DNA of 63,955 nt, filler included. It is 4 parts of 4 records of this genome, joined end to end, with 100 filler letters (N's around TTAATTAATTAA, not from the genome) between each part and the next. Parts side by side here need not be neighbours in the genome. Positions count along the whole stretch, not along the records: positions 1 to 28,673 come from SRR20825010_4263; 3 more parts are not named here. The stretch is one strand, 5' to 3'. Within the stretch, counting starts at the first letter, position 1. Each line of letters opens with the position of its first letter. Positions 10,701-21,293 of this stretch are shown here, piece after piece. A program made the position numbers and the translations under genes. The notes under the pieces are model-generated. The model had not been told where the DNA came from. It ran no database searches and worked only from the letters and a program-made list of their open reading frames with translations.

Positions 10701-12299
10701 TCCTTTAACCAGCCATTAGGAAAATGGGAAGTTAATCACCTAACATCAATGCATGCCCTGTTTGGAGGGGCAAGTGCCTTTAACCAGGATATTTCTTCTT
10801 GGGATGTTAGTAATGTTCAACATATGGGCGCTATGTTTTCGGGCGCTACTTCTTTTAATCGGGATATTGGTAACTGGGATGTTTCAAGTGTAACATCAAT
10901 GAACGTAATGTTTGCAGGGGCAGAGGCGTTTAACCAGGATATATCGAGTTGGGATGTAAGTGCTGTTACAGATATGAGTGGAATGTTTGAAAGAGCAACT
11001 AATTTTAATCAACCAATAAACAGTTGGGATGTTTCCAACGTTACACAAATGGTTATAATGTTCGTCGAGGCCACGTCGTTCAACAAGCCCTTGAACCAAT
11101 GGGATGTTTCCAATGTGACCGATATGAGTGGGATGTTTGGAAAAGCTACTTCTTTTAATCAAGATATTTCAGATTGGAATATGGCCAATGTGACCTCTAT
11201 TGGTGGAATGTTCAATGGGGCATCTTCCTTTGACCAGAACATAGGAAAATGGGATGTAAGTATGATTACTACGATGGATTATCTTTTCTCTGGTGGGGGA
11301 CTGTCATTAGAAAACTACGACAAGACCCTTATTGGTTGGGGCAATTTGCCATCCTTACAGAACGATGTTTTATTAAATATGGGAAACAGCCAGTTTTGCG
11401 ATGGAGAATTGGCAAGGCAAAGCCTTATAGATAATTATGGTTGGATAATCACAGATGGCGGTAGAGTTCCCTTTTGTAATGAAGACAATGACCTAGACGG
11501 AATTGTGGACCAGTATGATCTTTGTTTAAATACCCGGCCTGGCGTGGAAGTCAATAATAATGGTTGTGATATTGTAGCTTCAGACGGTGTTAAGGTTTAT
11601 GCCATAACGCCAAGTTGTACGGGCGGTAACGATGGGAGTATTGAAATATCAATGAATGAAACAGAATATTTGCTGGATATATCTATATCGGGTGAAGGAA
11701 TTTCCAATCAATTCAAAAACGTTGTATCCCACGAAACCTTTAAAATTGATCAATTGCCAGTTGGTTCCTACGGTATTACTATTTCCATTCCAGAAATTCT
11801 TTATCAACAACAGTTTGGTGTTGTAATTAATGGACTGTCTTCGGTAAGTGGCAAAAGAGAAGCGTTGGACTTGACAGCAAGAACGGTTTCCTACAAGGTG
11901 TCGGGCAGTAAAAAATATGAAGTACTGGTAAATGGACAAATAACTAATTTCATTTTTGGCGATCTAGGGGAACAATCCATTCTTTTAAACGACCTCTCTG
12001 GTCAAACCGAAGTTACTATTTTTGGGGAGAGTGATTGTCAAGGTCGTATTGAGGATAGTTTTTTTATAGGTGATGCCATACAGGTTTTTCCAACAATAAC
12101 CTCGGATTATGTAAATCTTTTAAATAATGGCAAAGCCTTTAACCTTATGGTTTTCAACTTAGAAGGAAAGCTAATTAAAGTAATGAATTACCATCAGCAA
12201 GAAAATATATTGGATATTTCTTCCATGGAATCTGGTCTGTATTTACTAAAAATGACAACTGAAAATACAGAGGAAACAATAAAGATTATTAAAAAATGA
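7746..12299 (+). CDS. BspA-family / DUF285 repeat surface protein with T9SS C-terminal sorting domain
   Basis: Signal peptide; three modules each starting F(I/V)TTWKTDNPG...(V/I)DWGDG followed by 25-aa FNQDIxxWDVSNVxxMxxMF repeats; TSP3-like [17 protein letters not shown]-like end VFPT...GLYLLKM...TIKIIKK. Confidence 0.92.
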   Translation: MKKTYFLALLSFFHFAVSAQSEFITTWKTDNPGVSQDNQITIPTYPGEVYNYNVDWGDGTSDLNVTGNITHTYASMGTYQVSITGVFPRIYFQNSGEGEKILSIDQWGNNKWVSMFSAFWLCNNLDISATDIPDLSQVESMVNMFSNCSSLVGNNSLASWDVSNITDMSSLFTGALNFNIDLSNWNVSSVVSMAGMFSGTAFNQDISGWNVSNVEDMAVMFSSATAFNMDISNWDVANVKNMSGMFKYATEFNQPIVNWNVGNVTIMENMFNNAYNFNQDIGNWDVSNVTNMSSMFEGAVAFDQDLGGWNIQSVEGVSKIFTGVKLSSRNYDSLLRGWSSLPSLKPNLEFDAGNSNFCEGFAARQALIDNNGWMVTDAGQDCPFITTWKTDNPGISDSYQVTIPTFPGETYDYNIDWGDGSSNTNVTGDITHSYAAVGTYEISISGKFPRIYFNYFPVDEIKDYEKLISIDQWGSINWTSMEDAFTKCSNLDIRATDTPNLSNVRNMGYMFRGCTKLIGNASFSEWDVSNVTGMFGVFIDCPLFNQDISNWYVDNVTDMGSMFAGAYSFNQDISSWNVANVIRMSGLFNRASSFNQDIGDWNVSKVNDMGYMFNSANSFDQDISNWDVSNVKRTEGMFMGNQVFNQSLDGWDVSNVTSMAVMFYDAPLFNQDIGEWDVSNVTNMARMFGRAFSFDQDLGNWDVSNVADMTAILSGVTLSTKNYDSLLKGWGSLPNLQNNIVFDGGNSKYCGSVSERQTMIDTYGWTISDAGANTECHFVTTWKTDNPGATSDDRIRIPTAPGEIYNYSVDWGDGNTDTGITGNITHQFAVRGTYTVSVYGKFPRIYFNDFYGTTQDSDKIVSIDQWGSGEWTSMDNAFTHCSNLDVLATDTPNLEKVSSAIGMFRFCEALVGNDSFADWRVGSITNFGNMFDGAKLFNQDIGSWDVSNATYLSFMFSDATKFNSDISNWDIGKVEFLDGMFVGAKSFNQPLGKWEVNHLTSMHALFGGASAFNQDISSWDVSNVQHMGAMFSGATSFNRDIGNWDVSSVTSMNVMFAGAEAFNQDISSWDVSAVTDMSGMFERATNFNQPINSWDVSNVTQMVIMFVEATSFNKPLNQWDVSNVTDMSGMFGKATSFNQDISDWNMANVTSIGGMFNGASSFDQNIGKWDVSMITTMDYLFSGGGLSLENYDKTLIGWGNLPSLQNDVLLNMGNSQFCDGELARQSLIDNYGWIITDGGRVPFCNEDNDLDGIVDQYDLCLNTRPGVEVNNNGCDIVASDGVKVYAITPSCTGGNDGSIEISMNETEYLLDISISGEGISNQFKNVVSHETFKIDQLPVGSYGITISIPEILYQQQFGVVINGLSSVSGKREALDLTARTVSYKVSGSKKYEVLVNGQITNFIFGDLGEQSILLNDLSGQTEVTIFGESDCQGRIEDSFFIGDAIQVFPTITSDYVNLLNNGKAFNLMVFNLEGKLIKVMNYHQQENILDISSMESGLYLLKMTTENTEETIKIIKK

Positions 12300-12994
12300 A
12301 AATGACCAAATCAATAATAATCAGTGCGATTTTAGTTTTGACTTCTCTGCTTTTTTCCTGCAGTGGTGGCAGTGATAGTGCCAAAGAACCAATAACCGAA
12401 GAAGTTAATCCTCCAACAAAGGCAATAGGCACACTTCCCGTAAATGGCGAACCTTGTTCAGACTATGAAGCGGTTTCTGGAGACGATGCCGTGGTATCCA
12501 TCTCTTTCAATTGGAATGCGGCTCAATATGCACAAAATTATGAATTGGTTGTTAAAGAAGGCGGCAACGAGGTATTTAGAGATGTGTTCAACGCCTTGAA
12601 CGCCAAAGTTTCATTGAATAGGGGTAGGGCATTTACTTGGAATGTAATCGCTAAAAATAGTGACGGACAAACCAACAGTGATACCATGTCTTTTGTTACT
12701 CCTGGAACTCCTGTAGGGAATTACGTGCCTTATGCTGCAGAAATCAGCCTTGTATTTGATGCTTTAACTAATCTTAATGTGTCATGGGTTGGTAAAGATG
12801 AGGATGGCGATGTTTTGACCTACGACGTAGAGGTGAGGGAAGAAGGAGAGATCATTACGGAATTTAACGATTTAACTGTTAATACTCTGGATCCCATAGC
12901 AACTTCTCCAGATATGCTTTACAACGTTCAAGTTATAAGCAGAGATGTTTCTGGGAATTATTCTATATCTGAATTCAGTGCAGTATCACCATAA
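12296..12994 (+). CDS. Lipoprotein with fibronectin-III-like beta-sandwich domains
   Basis: Lipobox LLFSC; FNWNAA..YEL and [17 protein letters not shown] motifs; 4-nt overlap with the surface-protein gene. Confidence 0.75.
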   Translation: MKMTKSIIISAILVLTSLLFSCSGGSDSAKEPITEEVNPPTKAIGTLPVNGEPCSDYEAVSGDDAVVSISFNWNAAQYAQNYELVVKEGGNEVFRDVFNALNAKVSLNRGRAFTWNVIAKNSDGQTNSDTMSFVTPGTPVGNYVPYAAEISLVFDALTNLNVSWVGKDEDGDVLTYDVEVREEGEIITEFNDLTVNTLDPIATSPDMLYNVQVISRDVSGNYSISEFSAVSP

Positions 12995-13420
12995 TACAAG
13001 GGAAATGTCTTCCATATTGTCTTTTCAGGAGGTATTTCGTTTTGTGATTCTTTTACCATGAAAAGGTATACTACCCTTAAAGTAATTTATTCAAAAGTCC
13101 CACTAAAAGGCCTTCCAAAGCTTTCTAAATGGGGAAGGGGAGATAATCTATTCTAAAACCAAAAATTTCATACTGACCAAATAGGTAGGTTTACATAGCA
13201 TTACTAACCGAGCAAACATGGATTTGCAAATGGCAAAACCCCACATTTACTTATAGCCCTTTCCTTTTAATCTGTTAAAATTTCATATTCATAGATAGAA
13301 AACCAGTCATGGTCTATTTGCTTTCATAATTCTTCAAGGTACCAATACCTTTATCCTGCAAATAAATACGTTGCAACGTCCACGTATTAAAAACAATTAG
13401 AACCTTAAATCTTAGAGTTT

Positions 13421-14017
13421 ATGAAAACATTTAATAGAATATACACCTTATCAATTTTAATTGCCCTAGCTTTTGTTACACAAGCAACTGCGCAATCTGT
13501 TGGTAACTCAAATTCTAGATCCACAAGAGATACCAAAACGACCACAGCAAAGAAAACGGTGAACAATAGAGTACCTAGTACAAAAGTCACTTATAAAACT
13601 CCAATGAAAAAAGTGGTTTCAGTGCGTTCGGTGCCCGATAGAAAAGTTATTAAGCATAACGGACAGGATTACTATTATGCCAATAATAAGTATTACACAC
13701 AATCCAGGGGAAGGTATATTGTAATTGCTCCTAAAATAGGATTCAGAATAAGCAGCTTACCTCCAAAATACAAGCGGGTTAGTTTTAATGATTACAATTA
13801 TTACAATGCCCAAGGGGTCTTTTATGTTCAAATGAATAATGGATATGAAGTGGTAGAACCCGAAATAGGAACCATAGTTTATGAGCTTCCGGATGATTAT
13901 GAAAAAGTAGCCATAAATGGAATGGAATATTACGAATATTCCAGCATCCTTTATGAGAAAGTACAAGTAAATGGCAGTAGGGCCTACGAAGTAGTAGGCT
14001 TTATAGATATGGAATAA
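13421..14017 (+). CDS. Secreted DUF6515-like protein (paralog 1)
   Basis: Signal peptide, basic low-complexity N-region, repeated Tyr-rich YxVV.P.IG..V..LP units; paralog at 24567-25151. Confidence 0.8.
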   Translation: MKTFNRIYTLSILIALAFVTQATAQSVGNSNSRSTRDTKTTTAKKTVNNRVPSTKVTYKTPMKKVVSVRSVPDRKVIKHNGQDYYYANNKYYTQSRGRYIVIAPKIGFRISSLPPKYKRVSFNDYNYYNAQGVFYVQMNNGYEVVEPEIGTIVYELPDDYEKVAINGMEYYEYSSILYEKVQVNGSRAYEVVGFIDME

Positions 14018-14045
14018 AGATGGTTAGATTGGTTAATTAGTGAAT

Positions 14046-14084
14046 GGGAGGGTAATTAATTTTTTAATTATCCTCCTTTTTTTT
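14046..14084 (+). terminator. Rho-independent terminator
   Basis: GGAGGGTAATTAA...TTAATTATCCTCC followed by T8. Confidence 0.75.
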
Positions 14085-14660
14085 GTACTTATAACTTATA
14101 TGAATACTGCGGGTCCATTAATTTATATTTTCTTAAAGATTCAAAAAATATACTCGGGTTGGTAGTTTTTTTTGGATATCTCTAAAGACGGCATTGGGAT
14201 TTCCAAGCAATTCAGGAGCCTTACATCAAAAGATTCCTTTAGAATTTCGTAATTGGTTATAGTGCCGTACAGGAAATACGTATGGATGGGCTTGGCAACT
14301 TTTCGGTTTCGGAGCCCAGTGCAAACTATTCTGAGTAAGATGTAGTAATCTAGGTGAGTAAGCAACCCGTGATTTTTTACATTCTAAAATTGGATGTTTT
14401 TGGAAGTTGGACCCAATTAACTTGATAATCCTTTTGACACAAAAGATTTTTTTAGTAATTTTAAAATTGAACCAACAAACGTAAAATTGCATATATATTT
14501 GAATATCAAATATTTAGCAATACTTATTTCCCGCCCTTCGTTTATACTGTAATTATTATACTGTTTTCCTCCCGCATAGGTCTAAATAATATTTTATTCC
14601 CAAGAAAATATTATTGTGGGTCTTTTTAAACATTTCAAACATCTTTAAAATTCTCTTCAA

Positions 14661-15191
14661 ATGAAAACGTATTTCCTTGCTTTAATTTTTTTGGGGGCGA
14701 ATGCCCTTATCTATTCTCAAGACGCTATAACCTATGCTCATTTTAGGGCTCCCAGACTTACTGGTCCATCTATGGTCAATACTACACTTAAAACCAGCGT
14801 CAATGCCAAATTTATAAAAGTATTGCGAAAAGATTACATGCCTATGCGGGCTAAAACACTTCAAAAGCTGGTGGCAAATTATGATATTTCCAAAGCTTCA
14901 GTGTTTATGCCAAAGCAGAATTCTACCTATAAGGTGGTGATGAAAGAAGGGAAAGATGCTAGTACCACTGTATACAGTTACCAAGGTATTATCCTTAAAA
15001 GCGAACAGACCTTCAAGAGCATTAGGCTACCCTACAATCTGAGTTCAAAAGTTATAAAAGAACATCCTGGCTGGGCTATAGACCAAGTGGAATGCCGGAT
15101 CCTTTATGAAGTCAACGAAAACCCTTTAATTACGTATAAGGTAAAGCTTAAACAAGGAAGGGATACCAAAAAACTTGAGCTCTCTATTTAA
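14661..15191 (+). CDS. Secreted hypothetical protein of a Flavobacteriaceae-type family
   Basis: Signal peptide; 176-aa basic ORF with SEQTFKSIRLP...KEHPGW motif. Confidence 0.7.
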   Translation: MKTYFLALIFLGANALIYSQDAITYAHFRAPRLTGPSMVNTTLKTSVNAKFIKVLRKDYMPMRAKTLQKLVANYDISKASVFMPKQNSTYKVVMKEGKDASTTVYSYQGIILKSEQTFKSIRLPYNLSSKVIKEHPGWAIDQVECRILYEVNENPLITYKVKLKQGRDTKKLELSI

Positions 15192-15500
15192 TCCTCTTTT
15201 CCTGCGATTGGAGCATACAATTGATTTTCTCTTAGCTTTAACTTTAGGTGGCTGTCTTTTACCTTATTGAAAAGTACTACTTACCGGAGTTGGGGTATCT
15301 GGGTTAAAACTAGATGACATTACATTAAACTCTTTTGGACCTTATCACGAGATTTGTCAGAAAAGAATAACTACGGAAAATGTTCTAGTTTGCCATATTT
15401 TTTTGACAATCTTGAAAAAGAGATTTTATTTCTTCTACAGCAAAAGGTAAGACAGGAATTTAAGCTCAGAGGAGGTAGTCGCTCCTTTAAACAGGCATTA

Positions 15501-15614
15501 GTTCAAGGTGGGAGTTTGGATTTAAGTTTAAAAGAAGGCAATGTAATCTTGACGGATGCCAAGGTTAGAATGTCCACAGCGGTGATTGCGGACGTAGCGG
15601 CCTCCAATGGCTAG
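15501..15614 (+). pseudogene. Fasciclin (FAS1) domain remnant
   Basis: VQGGSLDLSLKEGNVILTDAK..STAVIADVAASNG-stop matches the FAS1 C-terminal region but stops before the conserved VIHxID motif; upstream codons do not resemble FAS1. Confidence 0.65.
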
Positions 15615-15734
15615 TTGTTGGTCAAACTTTAGATCATCTGCTATAAGGTCAAGAGTTAGAAGTACTAGTGCAGTATTGCGGTTTAAAAGTGACTGCAAAT
15701 ATTTTATATATTTGAGAGAACATATCCTCAACAA

Positions 15735-17762
15735 ATGAAAAATCTTCACTACATCCCAATTCTGATTTGTTTACTTGTATGCTGTAAAAACGAACCATCC
15801 TTAAAAAGTGATTCTCAAACTGTAGATAGAACAGTGGTTTTTGAGGGTATTACGGACTCCATTAAACCAGGTGATAATTTCTTCGACCACGTTAACCGAA
15901 CATGGTTCAACGAAGCTGTAATCGCAGAGGATCAAGTTGGAGTGGGGTCCTATCGATTTTTAAATATTCCACAGCAGGAACTGCTTAAAAATATTTTGCA
16001 GGAAGTGTCGCAACAAGAAAATCCCAAAGGGAGTATTGAACAAAAGGTGGGCGATTTTTATGCATCGGGAATGGATACCCTTAGTATTGATGCAAGAGGA
16101 ATTACACCTATACAGCCCCTGTTGGACCAAATAGAAAACATAAAGGATATTTCCGGCATTATGGATTTTGTATCCATCCAGATCAAATCTGGGGATTATT
16201 CCATGGTTTCGCCTTATGTGTCTCCCGATCAGGAGAATAGCTCCCTTAATATTTTGCATGTTGCCCAGTCCGGATTGGGCATGCCCGATCGGGATTATTA
16301 TTTTCAGGAAGATGCATCTGTAAAAAGTATTCAGGAGGCGTACAAAACATATCTGACTTCACTGTTCGAATTGGTAGGGGAGAGGGATGCAAACGCCCTG
16401 GCAGCTATTGTTTACGATATTGAAAAACAATTGGCCCAAGCCCATAAGACGCGTATTGAACGCAGGATAATTAAAGAAAACTATCACAAAATGTCTGTTT
16501 CCGATCTGGACAAAAAACATCCCAACTTGGGCTGGAGATCATTTTTGACAAATTTGGGAGCAGAGATAGATTCCTTGGATGTCTCACAGCCAAATTATTA
16601 TGATACCTTGAACAAGTTACTGGCTAAGGTGCCATTGGCCCATTGGAAATTGTACTTGAAAGCTCACTCCATAGATTCACATGCCAATATTTTAAGCACA
16701 CCTTTTAGGGATGCTGCTTTTGAGTATAATAAAGTTTTATCCGGTCAGGCACAGCAACAATCACGGGCAAAGCAAATGGTACGTAGGGTGGATGACCAAA
16801 TAGGCTTTGCCCTTGGACAATTATATGTAAAGCGATACTTTAAGGAGGATGCCAAAAAACGGGCCCTGGATTTGGTCAATAATTTTCAGAAAGTATTGGA
16901 GAAACGCATAGACGACTTGGATTGGATGAGCGATAGCACCAAACTAAAAGCGAAGGACAAGTTATATGCCATTAACAAAAAAATAGGCTATCCGGATGTG
17001 TGGAGAACCTATGATGTAGTTATAGATCGGGATAAATTCTTTGAGAATGTGGTGGCCTTGCAACAAGATGAATATCAATATGAGTTAAAACAGCTTAATA
17101 GGGCGCCCAATAGGGACGAGTGGCATACCACTCCCTCTACGGTAACCGCATATTATAACCCGTCGTTGAACGAAATTGTATTTCCCGCCGGAATCTTGCA
17201 AGCTCCATACTTTGACCTGTATGCGGACGATGCCGTGAATTACGGGGGTATAGGAATGGTAATAGGTCATGAATTCACCCATGCCTTTGACGACCAAGGG
17301 GCACAATATGACAAAAATGGAAATGTTGCCAATTGGTGGACCGATGACGATTATACACAGTTCAAGGCCAGAACACAAAAAATTATAGATCAATATTCGG
17401 ACTTTATGGTTTTGGATAGTATACATTTAAAGGGGGCTTTGACGGTTGGGGAAAACACGGCCGATAATGCTGGGATTGCCATTGCCTATGATGCATTTAA
17501 ACTAACAGAACAAGGCCGGGACACTACCAAGATTGGAGGCTTTACTCCAGACCAGCGCTTCTTTTTATCCATTGCACGTATATGGCGGGTTAAAATGCGG
17601 GAGGAATTCTTGCGCAATTATGTGATGACCGATCCGCATTCGCCGCCCATTTGGCGCGTAAATGGCCCGTTAATGAACTTTACGCCATTTTATGACGCAT
17701 TTAATGTTAAGCCAGGCGATCGTAATTACAAACCGGAAGACGAAAGAATTAAGATATGGTAA
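15735..17762 (+). CDS. pepO: M13 family zinc metallopeptidase (PepO/neprilysin-like) lipoprotein
   Basis: Lipobox LVCC; VTAYYNPSLNEIVFPAGILQ, GHEFTHAFD (HExxH), GENTADNAG, DPHSP. Confidence 0.93.
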   Translation: MKNLHYIPILICLLVCCKNEPSLKSDSQTVDRTVVFEGITDSIKPGDNFFDHVNRTWFNEAVIAEDQVGVGSYRFLNIPQQELLKNILQEVSQQENPKGSIEQKVGDFYASGMDTLSIDARGITPIQPLLDQIENIKDISGIMDFVSIQIKSGDYSMVSPYVSPDQENSSLNILHVAQSGLGMPDRDYYFQEDASVKSIQEAYKTYLTSLFELVGERDANALAAIVYDIEKQLAQAHKTRIERRIIKENYHKMSVSDLDKKHPNLGWRSFLTNLGAEIDSLDVSQPNYYDTLNKLLAKVPLAHWKLYLKAHSIDSHANILSTPFRDAAFEYNKVLSGQAQQQSRAKQMVRRVDDQIGFALGQLYVKRYFKEDAKKRALDLVNNFQKVLEKRIDDLDWMSDSTKLKAKDKLYAINKKIGYPDVWRTYDVVIDRDKFFENVVALQQDEYQYELKQLNRAPNRDEWHTTPSTVTAYYNPSLNEIVFPAGILQAPYFDLYADDAVNYGGIGMVIGHEFTHAFDDQGAQYDKNGNVANWWTDDDYTQFKARTQKIIDQYSDFMVLDSIHLKGALTVGENTADNAGIAIAYDAFKLTEQGRDTTKIGGFTPDQRFFLSIARIWRVKMREEFLRNYVMTDPHSPPIWRVNGPLMNFTPFYDAFNVKPGDRNYKPEDERIKIW

Positions 17763-18047
17763 ATGCCAAATATTGAAACTAAATCCTGGGTAGTTGTTGG
17801 TTATTCAGGGCCCTTGGATCCAAGGCTGGTAACCGTGCATAGGATTATGGGGCGTAGGGCAGTGGCAGGATCTTTAATTGGAGGGATTGCAGAAACCCAG
17901 GAACTGTTGGATTTTTATGGAAAGCATAAAATTACTTCGGATATCGAGATCATTAAAATGCAGAACATCAATGTTGCCTATGAGCGTATGCTTAAGAGCA
18001 ATGTGAATTATAGATTTGTCATAGATATGAAATCGCTCAAGGAATAA
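17763..18047 (+). pseudogene. C-terminal remnant of an NAD(P)-dependent zinc alcohol dehydrogenase (YahK/CAD type)
   Basis: GRRAVAGSLIGGIAETQELLDF...AYERMLKSNVNYRFVIDM is the typical CAD/YahK C-terminus; the Zn-binding domain and most of the Rossmann domain are absent. Confidence 0.85.
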
Positions 18048-18227
18048 TTCCAAAATAAGGTTTCTACAAAGGGCTTATTTAATACATAGCATTTGTGGAC
18101 AGGTGAGAGCGCAAAGTGCAGAATGAGATTTTCATCATTTTAGCGATCGCTATTGGAGTGTTATATCCTTAATTGGAAGAACCATGGAATTGTTGTAAAT
18201 TCATGGAAACCATTATGTTATCCCACT

Positions 18228-19571
18228 ATGAAAGATTATCGGATTATTTTGGCATTGTTTTTTTGCGCACTTATGTCCTGCAATTCGGGCACAAAGCAGA
18301 AAAAAGAGGAAATGCTCGCAGTTAAAAAAATCCCGAAGGTAGTTACTTCGGATATAGAGGCGGGCATTAAGGCCAATATAGCCAAAAAGGTTGAAGAAGG
18401 GGGTGGATATTTTAACATGTCAACCGAAGACAGGGATCTACGGCTAAAGTTGGTGCGGGTACATACCGAATACCTATCCAATTTGGGCCCTCAACGGCAT
18501 TTTGCATGTGTTGATCTGGCCGATATTAGTGGTGATGTTTATGATGTGGATTTTTTCTTGGAGGGCGACCCCGGAAGTATGACCGTTACAGAAACCACCT
18601 TGCACAAGCTTAATGGCAAACCTTTTTACACATGGAAACAGCGTAAAGATAAGAGCTGGTATAGAATGCCCATAGAAAACGCCTCAACGGATTTACTCGG
18701 AATCAAAGAAGGAGAGGACAGGTTTGAGTTTCATTATGAGGTTAGCCTACCAGAGATGCAGGAGACGGCAAAGATTTGGATTCCCGTACCGCAGAGCGAC
18801 CGCTTTCAAAGCGTGAAATTACTGGAAATAGAGGCTCCAACGGCACATCAGCTACTCCGTGAAAAATATTATGGCAATACCATCCTTTATATGGAACTTT
18901 CCCCGGTACATAGTGGAAAGAAACTAAAACTTGTTTACGATGTAGTGCGGCAGGAAAAAAAACCATATTCAGAGGAGGCCTCGCCTACCATTTATCTCAA
19001 GCCTAATTTATTGATGCCTGTAGGCGACCGTTTTCAAATCCTTGCAGATTCCATTATCGGTAATAAAGGGGGCGGAGGTACCATAATGCGGGCCAGGGCA
19101 CTTTATGATTACGTTATAGATAATATGCGGTATATAAAGGCTGGGAAATACGGTACGGGAGATGCCGTTTACGCCTGTGATGCCCTAAGTGGCAACTGTA
19201 CGGAATTCCACGCCTTGTTCATTTCCTTGGCCAGGTCTGCCGGAATACCAGCACGATTTGCCGTTGGGGCCGCCATTCCTTCCGATCGTGACGACGGGGG
19301 TATTGATGGTTACCACTGTTGGGCAGAGTTTTATGCTGAAGAAAAATGGTGGCCTGTAGATATTAGTGAAGCCAATAAATATAGCGCGCTCGCTACCTAT
19401 TATTTTGGGCGGCATCCGGCAAATAGAATTGAGTTTAGTAAGGGGAGGGATCTGCAAATAGAGCCAGGTCCTAAGTCAGGCCCAATAAACTTTTTGGCCT
19501 ACCCGGTCATGGAAATTGGACAGACTCCAGCTTACCCAAAAACATTTTTTTCGTTTCTTAGGGAAAACTGA
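18228..19571 (+). CDS. Transglutaminase-like domain lipoprotein with an extra N-terminal domain
   Basis: Lipobox ALMSC after ATG 18228; Cys-His-Asp-type motifs GNCTEFH, GIPAR, YHCWAEFY, WWPVD. Confidence 0.88.
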   Translation: MKDYRIILALFFCALMSCNSGTKQKKEEMLAVKKIPKVVTSDIEAGIKANIAKKVEEGGGYFNMSTEDRDLRLKLVRVHTEYLSNLGPQRHFACVDLADISGDVYDVDFFLEGDPGSMTVTETTLHKLNGKPFYTWKQRKDKSWYRMPIENASTDLLGIKEGEDRFEFHYEVSLPEMQETAKIWIPVPQSDRFQSVKLLEIEAPTAHQLLREKYYGNTILYMELSPVHSGKKLKLVYDVVRQEKKPYSEEASPTIYLKPNLLMPVGDRFQILADSIIGNKGGGGTIMRARALYDYVIDNMRYIKAGKYGTGDAVYACDALSGNCTEFHALFISLARSAGIPARFAVGAAIPSDRDDGGIDGYHCWAEFYAEEKWWPVDISEANKYSALATYYFGRHPANRIEFSKGRDLQIEPGPKSGPINFLAYPVMEIGQTPAYPKTFFSFLREN

Positions 19572-19598
19572 GCATGATCGCTCATTGATATAAAAAGC

Positions 19599-19832
19599 CT
19601 ATTCTGGATCGGAATCCGTAGGATGTTCGTCCCCTTCGGTTTTGGGGTGTTCGTCGCCACCCTCAGTGGGATGTTCCTCATGAACGGACTCCTCTTCTGT
19701 CATCTGCTCTTCTTGCTGTTCGGTCTTGTCCTCTTTTTTTGTTTCCCTGCATGAGCTCAATGAAGCGGTTGCAACAAAACCAAATAGGAGCATGACCAAA
19801 GTAAGGTATTTTAGTTCTTTTAATCGGCCCAT
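19599..19832 (-). CDS. Small acidic lipoprotein with three EHP repeats
   Basis: Lipobox LSSC; tail EEHPTEGG-DEHPKTEG-DEHPTDSD with an 8-aa period. Confidence 0.8.
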   Translation of the reverse strand: MGRLKELKYLTLVMLLFGFVATASLSSCRETKKEDKTEQQEEQMTEEESVHEEHPTEGGDEHPKTEGDEHPTDSDPE

Positions 19833-20030
19833 AATAGATATTGATTTATTACTGATTAATTATGTACAATGGATGCTAAATAATTGATTGTCTTAAAGAT
19901 AACCATTTTTAATCGAACCTTGTTAATTAGGCTCATAATTATTGCATTGGGAAAACTGGGAAAATAGGCTTACAGTTTTAAGCCCTGGAATATAGGGAGC
20001 AACAAGGATTAGGAAGAGGTCATAATAAGG

Positions 20031-20056
20031 AAAGCCGACTTTTTGGTGTCGGCTTT
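20031..20056 (-). terminator. Hairpin terminator downstream of the sigma factor gene
   Basis: Perfect 9-bp stem AAAGCCGAC...GTCGGCTTT, 27 nt past the stop. Confidence 0.6.
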
Positions 20057-20083
20057 AATTTATATGATGCGGCTTATGTACTC

Positions 20084-20944
20084 TTACAAATACGCCTTTA
20101 ATATTTGGTTACGGGATTTGCTTTGTAGGATCCGTAAGGCTTTTTCCCTAATTTGCCGTACACGTTCCCTAGTAATATCAAAGAGTTCTCCAATTTCGCT
20201 CAGGCTTTTTGGGTTACGTTCCCCAATACCATAGTAGAGGCGTATAATTTCACTTTCCCTACTGAGAAGCGTTTTTAATACCATTTCAATATCCGTTCTA
20301 AGGGAGTCTCTCATCATTTTGGTATCTGGACTGTTGGACTCTTTCGATTTTATAACATTGTATAAATTGGAAGATTCTCCTTCTTCAAAAGGTGCATCCA
20401 TAGACAAATGCTTTCCGGAATTTTTAATCGCCAATTTTACCTGAGTGGGACTCATGTCGAGCTCTCTAGCAATTTCTACGGCACTGGGAGGGCGCTGAAA
20501 GGTTTGTTCCAAGGCAGAGAATACCTTGTTTATTTTACTTATTTCACCAATTTTATTCAGGGGCAATCGTACCATACGTGAATGTTCGGACATCGCTTGT
20601 AAAATAGATTGTCTGATCCACCAAACGGCATAAGAGATAAATTTAAAACCTCTGGTTTCGTCAAAACGTTGGGCCGCCTTGACCAAGCCAATATTTCCTT
20701 CGTTAATTAGGTCGGAAAGGCGTAAGCCCTTACCTTGATATTGTTTTGCAGCAGAAACCACAAAACGTAAATTGGCATTTACTAATTTATTAAGGGCAAT
20801 TTGATCTCCTTCACGAATTCTTCTGGCCAGTTCCGCCTCCTCATCTGGGGTAATCAATTCAATTTTTGATATTTCTTGAAAATACTTTTCTAAGGATTTG
20901 GTGTCTCTGTTTGTAATTTGTTTCGTGATCTTAAGTTGCCTCAT
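20084..20944 (-). CDS. RNA polymerase sigma factor, RpoD/SigA family (Bacteroidetes short type; probably a non-primary paralog)
   Basis: MRQLKITKQ start; region 2 ANLRFVVS..DLINEGNIGL..FDETRGFKFISYAVWWIRQ; region 4 EIGELFDITRERVRQIREKAL. Confidence 0.93.
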   Translation of the reverse strand: MRQLKITKQITNRDTKSLEKYFQEISKIELITPDEEAELARRIREGDQIALNKLVNANLRFVVSAAKQYQGKGLRLSDLINEGNIGLVKAAQRFDETRGFKFISYAVWWIRQSILQAMSEHSRMVRLPLNKIGEISKINKVFSALEQTFQRPPSAVEIARELDMSPTQVKLAIKNSGKHLSMDAPFEEGESSNLYNVIKSKESNSPDTKMMRDSLRTDIEMVLKTLLSRESEIIRLYYGIGERNPKSLSEIGELFDITRERVRQIREKALRILQSKSRNQILKAYL

Positions 20945-21293
20945 ATATTTGTTTTAATTATTAGTTATAACTTATAATTTAACAATTTTTTGCATAATTC
21001 CTAATAAAATGGCGATTATTTTTAATTTATTCTAAATAAAATATGAAATACTCTTTAAAAATGTTAAGAAATGTAAGTTCGACCGATTTATAATTGATAA
21101 TCAGTTATTGAAATTTCCTTTTGAATAATATTTACCTTCAGGAGTGTTTTGGGTTGCCCTTAGATATAAAATTGGACTCGCAGGAAAAAAACCTCATTCG
21201 CTTCAAACTCATCCCTATTGGCAGAAAGTACAAAAATCGCCTAATGTTATTCATTAGGTTTGTTCCAATTACTAATAAATAGAAGTAAAAAAA

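Noticed and set aside
8200-11300. Periodic ~75-nt repeats (TGGGATGT.TC.AATGT) as a CRISPR array
   Set aside because: They are degenerate in-frame coding repeats of the DUF285 protein, with no constant repeat/unique spacer structure and no cas genes.
14141-14492. Two short overlapping minus-strand ORFs
   Set aside because: No motifs and they overlap each other in an AT-rich intergenic region; probably spurious.
15354-15614. 86-aa ORF as an intact gene
   Set aside because: Only the last ~37 codons resemble fasciclin; treated as a remnant.
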